A stretch of DNA of 64,000 nucleotides from Dehalococcoidia bacterium. Its GTDB lineage: Bacteria > Chloroflexota > Dehalococcoidia > Bin125. Location of the stretch: positions 13,340 through 77,339 of the forward strand of contig CAXXNO010000002.1 of assembly GCA_963663235.2 (NCBI GenBank), read 5' to 3'. A program made the translations under genes and the position numbers. The notes under the pieces were generated by a model that was given only the letters and a program-made list of their open reading frames with translations, did not search any database and was not told the origin of the DNA. Shown here in pieces: positions 59,111 through 64,000 of this stretch. Numbering within the stretch: the first letter of the stretch is position 1; every line of letters starts with the position of its first letter.

Positions 59111-60439
59111 TCAGTCCAGCGCGCCCCGCGCGGCCGCAGGCGACGCCGGGGCCGCCGGCGCCGGAACCACCGGGCGGGGCAGGCGCATGGCGATGTAGAA
59201 GAGGAGGATCGCGGCGGCGAAGCCGCTGATGTACATGACCAGGGCCCAATCGTAGGAGCCGGTGGTATCGAAGATCGCGCCCACGATCACGGGTGAGGGG
59301 ATCATAATCGTCGTGCGGATCACGGCGACCGTCCCCAGGATCGTCGCGAAGTGCGCCACGCCGAAGACGCGGATAATCGAGACCGGCTCCAGCATCGCCG
59401 GACCCCCCTCCGCAACGGCCCAGAACAGCAGGAACAGCGCGATAGCGAGCGCGCTCGTATCGAACAGGAAGACGGCGCTGGCCAGCAGCCCGGCGCCGCA
59501 GACGATCATGGCGATCGGTTCAAAGCGCCGGCCGCGGTCGGCCAGCCAGGCGATGGCCAGCCGCGAGGCGATGCCCGATCCCGCCATCACCGACAGCAAC
59601 GCCGCCGCCAGCCCGGGGCTGAGGTCAATCGACTCGAACAGCGGCACGGCGTGCACGATCATGCCGAAGCTGGCGTAGAAGAAGAGTGCGATCGCCAGCG
59701 TCAGGGCCCAGAACACCGGCGTGCGGATCGCCCGGCCCAGCGAGAGACCGGTCGGCGTCGGCCGCCGGCGGGGCGCGCCTGGGGGGGACTGCCGGCCGTC
59801 AACCACCAGCCCCACGTCGTGCGGGTTGTTCCGGACCACGAACAGCGAGAACGGGACGAAATAGGCCAGGAGGAGGACGGCGGCGACCAGGAAAGCGCCG
59901 TCCCAATCGAGTGCGTCGATGATGACGCGGAAGATGGGGACGCCGAGGAGGCCGCCCAGGGAGATGCCCACCGCAAGGATGCCGAGCGCCACGCCGCGCC
60001 GTCGATCGAACCAGAGCGAGGCCAGCGTCTGGAAGGGGATAAAGAACGTCATGGAAAGCGCGACGCCGGCCAGGCCGTAGAAGAGATACCACTGCCAGAG
60101 CGCGTGGGTCGTGGATAGCAGCACGTACGCCACCGCGCCCAGCAGAGCACCCGCCAGGAGAGCGGAGCGCGCGCCCCGCCGGTCGATCCAGCGGCCCACC
60201 AAGGGCGACGCCAGGCCGCTGGTCAGCAGGGCGATGGAGATGGCGAGCGAGACCTCAGCCCGCGACCAACCGAACCCCTCTTCCAACGGTTCGATGTAGA
60301 GCCCGAACGACCACAAGACCAAGCAGGTCGACAGCGCGATGCCCACGGCCGAGCCGGCCATGAGCCACCAGCCGTAGTAGATCGTCCGCCGGCCGCTCAG
60401 GACCAGCGCGGCGTTGCGAGCCGGTCCCCAGACGAACAG
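59111..60439 (-). CDS. MFS transporter (OFA/MCT-like)
   Basis: IYYGWW, GWSR, G.W.DRRGAR, WFDRRRG.ALG; about 12 TM; probable CTG start after AAGGAG. Confidence 0.9.
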   Translation of the reverse strand: MFVWGPARNAALVLSGRRTIYYGWWLMAGSAVGIALSTCLVLWSFGLYIEPLEEGFGWSRAEVSLAISIALLTSGLASPLVGRWIDRRGARSALLAGALLGAVAYVLLSTTHALWQWYLFYGLAGVALSMTFFIPFQTLASLWFDRRRGVALGILAVGISLGGLLGVPIFRVIIDALDWDGAFLVAAVLLLAYFVPFSLFVVRNNPHDVGLVVDGRQSPPGAPRRRPTPTGLSLGRAIRTPVFWALTLAIALFFYASFGMIVHAVPLFESIDLSPGLAAALLSVMAGSGIASRLAIAWLADRGRRFEPIAMIVCGAGLLASAVFLFDTSALAIALFLLFWAVAEGGPAMLEPVSIIRVFGVAHFATILGTVAVIRTTIMIPSPVIVGAIFDTTGSYDWALVMYISGFAAAILLFYIAMRLPRPVVPAPAAPASPAAARGALD

Positions 60440-60473
60440 CCCGCCGCTCCTTCAGCCGCGCCGCCGCGGCGCC

Positions 60474-61433
60474 CTAGGAGCCTTCAAAGTAGCGCCGCGG
60501 GTTATCCACCATGATCTGCCGGAGCGTGTCGTCGGACACGCCCTTGTCCTTGAGGGCCGGCAGAAAGACCTTGTTGACGAAGAGGATGCCCTCGATCGGG
60601 AGGCGCGCATTGAACTTCGCCTGCGTGGCGGTGGGGAGCAGCGTCATGGTCAGCGGGGTGTCGTGCGAGAAGCAGATTTTCCCGGCGTGGCCGCGATCGA
60701 TCAGGGCCTTGGCGACGTCGACGCGCTCTTCGACGCTGGGCGGCGGGTAGAAGACGCCCAGCGGGAGCCGGTCGAGGCCGATCCAATAGCCGCGCTCGGC
60801 CAACCCACTCAAGTAGTTGACGCTGTCGGAATCGTCGGAGTGGCCAATATAGACGCGCGTCGGGTCCACCCCCTCTTGCTCGAAGATCCGCGCCTGCCGC
60901 TCGCCGAGACGCAGTTTGGCGGCGGTGTGCGTGGTGATCGGCGCACCCGTGGCCTTGTGCGCGCGGGCCGCGGCCCGCAGCACCTTTTCGATGAAGTCGG
61001 TGACGCCCGGCTCGTCGGTGGCGACCTTGATGATCCCGGCCTTGATGTCCGTGCCTTCGATGCCCTGCTCGATCTCCCTGGTGAAGAGCCCGGTCAGCTC
61101 TTCCACCGTGCGCTCCTCCATGGATCGGGACGGGTCCAGCCAGTGGCCCGTGCAGGCGATGACGTTCATGCCCGATCGCTCGGCCACTTCGGCCATCAGC
61201 CGGATGTCGCGTCCGAGGTCGATGGTGGTGAGGTCGACGAAGGTGTCGACGCCGCCGGCCTTGGCCTCGGCCAGCGTCTGGCTGACGCCTTCGATGAACT
61301 TCTCGCGCCCCCCGAAGAAGTCGGGCCAGGCCTGCCAGAACCCCGCCGACGTCGAGCAGATGTGCTCGTGCATGAGCGTGACGCCCAACTGCTTGGTATC
61401 CAGCGGTCCCCTGACACTGTTCACCGTGGCCAT
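60474..61433 (-). CDS. Phosphotriesterase-family amidohydrolase
   Basis: GVTLMHEH, ACTG, IIKVA, TH, GH, SHD metal ligands. Confidence 0.92.
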   Translation of the reverse strand: MATVNSVRGPLDTKQLGVTLMHEHICSTSAGFWQAWPDFFGGREKFIEGVSQTLAEAKAGGVDTFVDLTTIDLGRDIRLMAEVAERSGMNVIACTGHWLDPSRSMEERTVEELTGLFTREIEQGIEGTDIKAGIIKVATDEPGVTDFIEKVLRAAARAHKATGAPITTHTAAKLRLGERQARIFEQEGVDPTRVYIGHSDDSDSVNYLSGLAERGYWIGLDRLPLGVFYPPPSVEERVDVAKALIDRGHAGKICFSHDTPLTMTLLPTATQAKFNARLPIEGILFVNKVFLPALKDKGVSDDTLRQIMVDNPRRYFEGS

Positions 61434-61499
61434 GTTTCGCTTCCTCTCTCTTGCTTTCGCCAGAGCGGGCGCAGGCCCGCCCCTAGGCGATCACACCCC

Positions 61500-62726
61500 T
61501 TAGGCGATCACACCAGCGATCGCCAGTTGGGCAAGGCGCTCATCGTCGTAACCCAGGCGCTCCTTCAATACCTCCGCCGTGTGTTCGCCCACGTCGGGGG
61601 CGACGCGGCGCACGCTCGCCGGAGTCTTGGTGAAGGTGACCGGATGGTTGGGGGTGAGCTTGCGGCCGTAGTCCGGATGGTCCACCTCCACCAGATAGTC
61701 GTTGGCACGGACGGCGGGATCACTGGGCAAGTCGCCGATCCGCTGCACGCGATCGAAGATCAGGTCCGGCTCCCGGCCCAGCCGCCGCAGCCATTCGTCC
61801 CGTGGCTCCTGAGCGAAGCGTTCCTCCAGGATTCCGATCAACTCTTTCGAGTTGGCGCGGATCGCCTCGTAGGTGTTGAAGCGCGGGTCGTCGGTCAAGT
61901 CGGTCATCGCCATCGCGCGGCTGAGAGGCGCCCAGTCGCGCCCGGCGTTCACACAGCCGAGAAACAGCCACTCGTCATCGGCGCAGCGGTACAGGTTGTA
62001 GAGCGGGTTGGCGGCGTTGGCGCGATCGAAGCGCGGCCAGTCCTGCAAGCCCTGGAACATACTGGCGGACACGGCCCAGTACTGGAGCCAAATGGAGGCC
62101 ATCATGTGCGAGACCTCCACCTTTTGTCCCACACCGGTGCGGTCGCGGGCGCCCAGGGCCGTGACCACCCCGTAGGCGAGCATGTTGGCCGCCATCACGT
62201 CCGCGAAGGCGACGGTACTCCAGTTCGGCGCGTCCCCCGGCCCGCCGTTCTGCCACATCAGTCCGGAACGGGCCTGCCCGATGCCGTCGATCGCGGGCCG
62301 CCCCGCCTCCGGCCCCTTGAAACCGTGCCCGGAAGCGCAGCCGTAAATGAGCTGCGGGTTCACCTTGGCCAGATCCTCGTAGCCGATGCCGAGCCGGTCC
62401 AACACGCCGGGGCGGAAATTCTCCAGGAAGATGTCCGCGTCCTTGACCAGGTCGCGCAAGATCTCGCGGCCGGTTTCGCTCTTGAGATCGATGGTGATGC
62501 CGCGCTTGTTGCGGTTGACGGCCTCAAACATGGCGCTCTTGCCGCCTGGCAACTCGAGTTGCCAGGCCGCCGGAGAGACGAAGTTGCGCGCCCCGTCGGG
62601 GCTATGCGGGTTCTCCACCTTGACCACGTCCGCGCCCAGGTCGCCCAGCATCACGCCGGCGAGAGGTCCCAGCATCCAGATGGTGCACTCCACCACCTTG
62701 ATCCCGGCCAGCGGTCCGTCGGTCAT
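61500..62726 (-). CDS. Family III CoA-transferase (CaiB/BaiF)
   Basis: PLAGIKVVE, LGADVVKVE, NRNKRGITIDLK, ENFRPG, AD motif, GEHTAEVL. Confidence 0.93.
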   Translation of the reverse strand: MTDGPLAGIKVVECTIWMLGPLAGVMLGDLGADVVKVENPHSPDGARNFVSPAAWQLELPGGKSAMFEAVNRNKRGITIDLKSETGREILRDLVKDADIFLENFRPGVLDRLGIGYEDLAKVNPQLIYGCASGHGFKGPEAGRPAIDGIGQARSGLMWQNGGPGDAPNWSTVAFADVMAANMLAYGVVTALGARDRTGVGQKVEVSHMMASIWLQYWAVSASMFQGLQDWPRFDRANAANPLYNLYRCADDEWLFLGCVNAGRDWAPLSRAMAMTDLTDDPRFNTYEAIRANSKELIGILEERFAQEPRDEWLRRLGREPDLIFDRVQRIGDLPSDPAVRANDYLVEVDHPDYGRKLTPNHPVTFTKTPASVRRVAPDVGEHTAEVLKERLGYDDERLAQLAIAGVIA

Positions 62727-62813
62727 CGCCTGATTCTCCCAGTCCCCAGCCGTTTGCGGGGCGCAGACTTGCGGCAGTGTAAGCCATTGAGGCGAGCGCC
62801 TCCGGGCGCGCCC

Positions 62814-63989
62814 CTAGAAGAACGCCTCCCGTGGTTCCAGCCCCAAGAGCACGCGGCCCGCATCTTCCTGCAACCGCGGGGTGAGCGCCAGGTGCTGCGT
62901 GACCACGTGGACGTCGCGAAACGCCCGCTCCAGCGGGCTCGTCGTGAAGATCGAGCTGGCGCCGGCCGCGTCGCGGACGATGTCCACCGCCTCGGCCGCC
63001 TTCCTGGCGGCCTGCACGGCGGCCAGATGGATGAGGGCGGTCTGCCGCACGCTCACGGGTGATCCGGCCGTGATGCTGCGGCAGGCGTCGTCCAGAGCCC
63101 CGAAGAGAAAGGCCCGGCCCGACTGCAGCGCCCCCTCCGCCTCCGCGACCTGCATCTGGATCCGCGGGTCGTCGCGCAGCAGGGCGCGGGAAAGAAACGG
63201 GGTCTTCTCGCGCGCCAGATCGATGAAGGCGTCGATGGCGCCGCGGGCGATGCCAGTCGCGACCACCGCGTTGCTCGGGGCCAGCAGGCCGCCCAACGGC
63301 AGCGAGTACGCCGCCGTCCGTACACGCGGCGGCTCGCGGTACATGTCGAGGGTCCGTTCCTCCGGCACGAAGACGTCCGTGGCGGCGAAATCGTTGCTGC
63401 CGGTCCCGCGCAGCCCGACCACCGACCAGGTATCGATGATCTCGCATTCGTCGCGCGGCAGGGTCATGTAGCGGACGAGGGTCTTGCCGTCCGGCCCGGT
63501 GCGCGGTGTGTCGCCATCGACGATCGTGCAGTCGGCTAGCAGCCAGTCGCTGTGCAGGCAGCCGCTGGCGTAGCGCCAGCGCCCGGAGACGCGGTAGCCG
63601 TCGCCCGTCGCGACCGCGCGCCCGCCCTGCGTCACGGAGGAGGCGGAGACGACGTTCGCCCGGCCGAAGAGGAGATCGCCGGCGGCGGCCTCGGGCAGCC
63701 AGGCGCCGAGGAAGCCGTTGGCTTCGGCGCCGACCACCACGCACCACCCCGTGGAGCCGTCCGCGGCGGCGAGCTCTTCGATCACGTGCAGGAAGGGGAT
63801 CGGGTCCAGCTCCGGGCCGCCCACGGATCGCGGGACGAGCAGCATGAAGAGGTTGGCTTGCGCCAGCGCCTCCACCAGCGGTGGCGGCAGCCGGCGTTCG
63901 CGGTCCGCCTGGCCGGCGTATTCCTTGATCAGCGGCGCCAAGTCCCGGGCGACGCCCAGCACGGCCTCAGGGGACGACGTGACGCTCAT
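62814..63989 (-). CDS. Acyl-CoA dehydrogenase-fold flavin-dependent monooxygenase (HsaA-like)
   Basis: ADGSTGW, SGRWRYASGC, DTW...GLRGTGS, LERAFRDVH. Confidence 0.88.
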   Translation of the reverse strand: MSVTSSPEAVLGVARDLAPLIKEYAGQADRERRLPPPLVEALAQANLFMLLVPRSVGGPELDPIPFLHVIEELAAADGSTGWCVVVGAEANGFLGAWLPEAAAGDLLFGRANVVSASSVTQGGRAVATGDGYRVSGRWRYASGCLHSDWLLADCTIVDGDTPRTGPDGKTLVRYMTLPRDECEIIDTWSVVGLRGTGSNDFAATDVFVPEERTLDMYREPPRVRTAAYSLPLGGLLAPSNAVVATGIARGAIDAFIDLAREKTPFLSRALLRDDPRIQMQVAEAEGALQSGRAFLFGALDDACRSITAGSPVSVRQTALIHLAAVQAARKAAEAVDIVRDAAGASSIFTTSPLERAFRDVHVVTQHLALTPRLQEDAGRVLLGLEPREAFF

Positions 63990-64000
63990 CCCGCTCCCTC

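Overview
High-GC bacterial chromosome segment, most consistent with Chloroflexota (Dehalococcoidia/SAR202-like; inferred from gene content). About 1-47 kb is mainly housekeeping: polyprenyl synthase, recO-recR-ybaB-dnaX-ybeY, a complex I (nuo) operon A-C-D-H-J-K-[small ORF]-L-M-N lacking nuoB, nuoI and nuoEFG, gpsA-plsY-der-cdaR-cdaA, argF, comEA-comEC, rph, serine genes divergent from selA, an AmmeMemoRadiSam B-A fusion, mutS2, rarA, tRNA-Ile2(CAT), an orphan cheR, glpD and a GGDEF protein. The most notable region is about 50-57 kb. A B12/radical SAM gene reads through an in-frame UGA with a SECIS-like hairpin to give a C-U-A-E-P selenocysteine tail. The last 73 bp of this gene (Sec codon, SECIS, stop) are duplicated 2.83 kb away and bracket a degenerate integrative element that carries tyrosine-integrase remnants, arm-type repeats, a SnoaL gene and a direct-repeat-flanked secreted beta-helix gene. 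Removing the element restores a convergent ATP-grasp / small His-Cys protein / seleno-radical SAM / NfuA cluster next to copA. The window ends with a cupredoxin-like Tat lipoprotein, an MFS transporter, a phosphotriesterase-like gene, a CoA-transferase and a flavin monooxygenase. All calls come from motif recognition by eye; no database searches were run.
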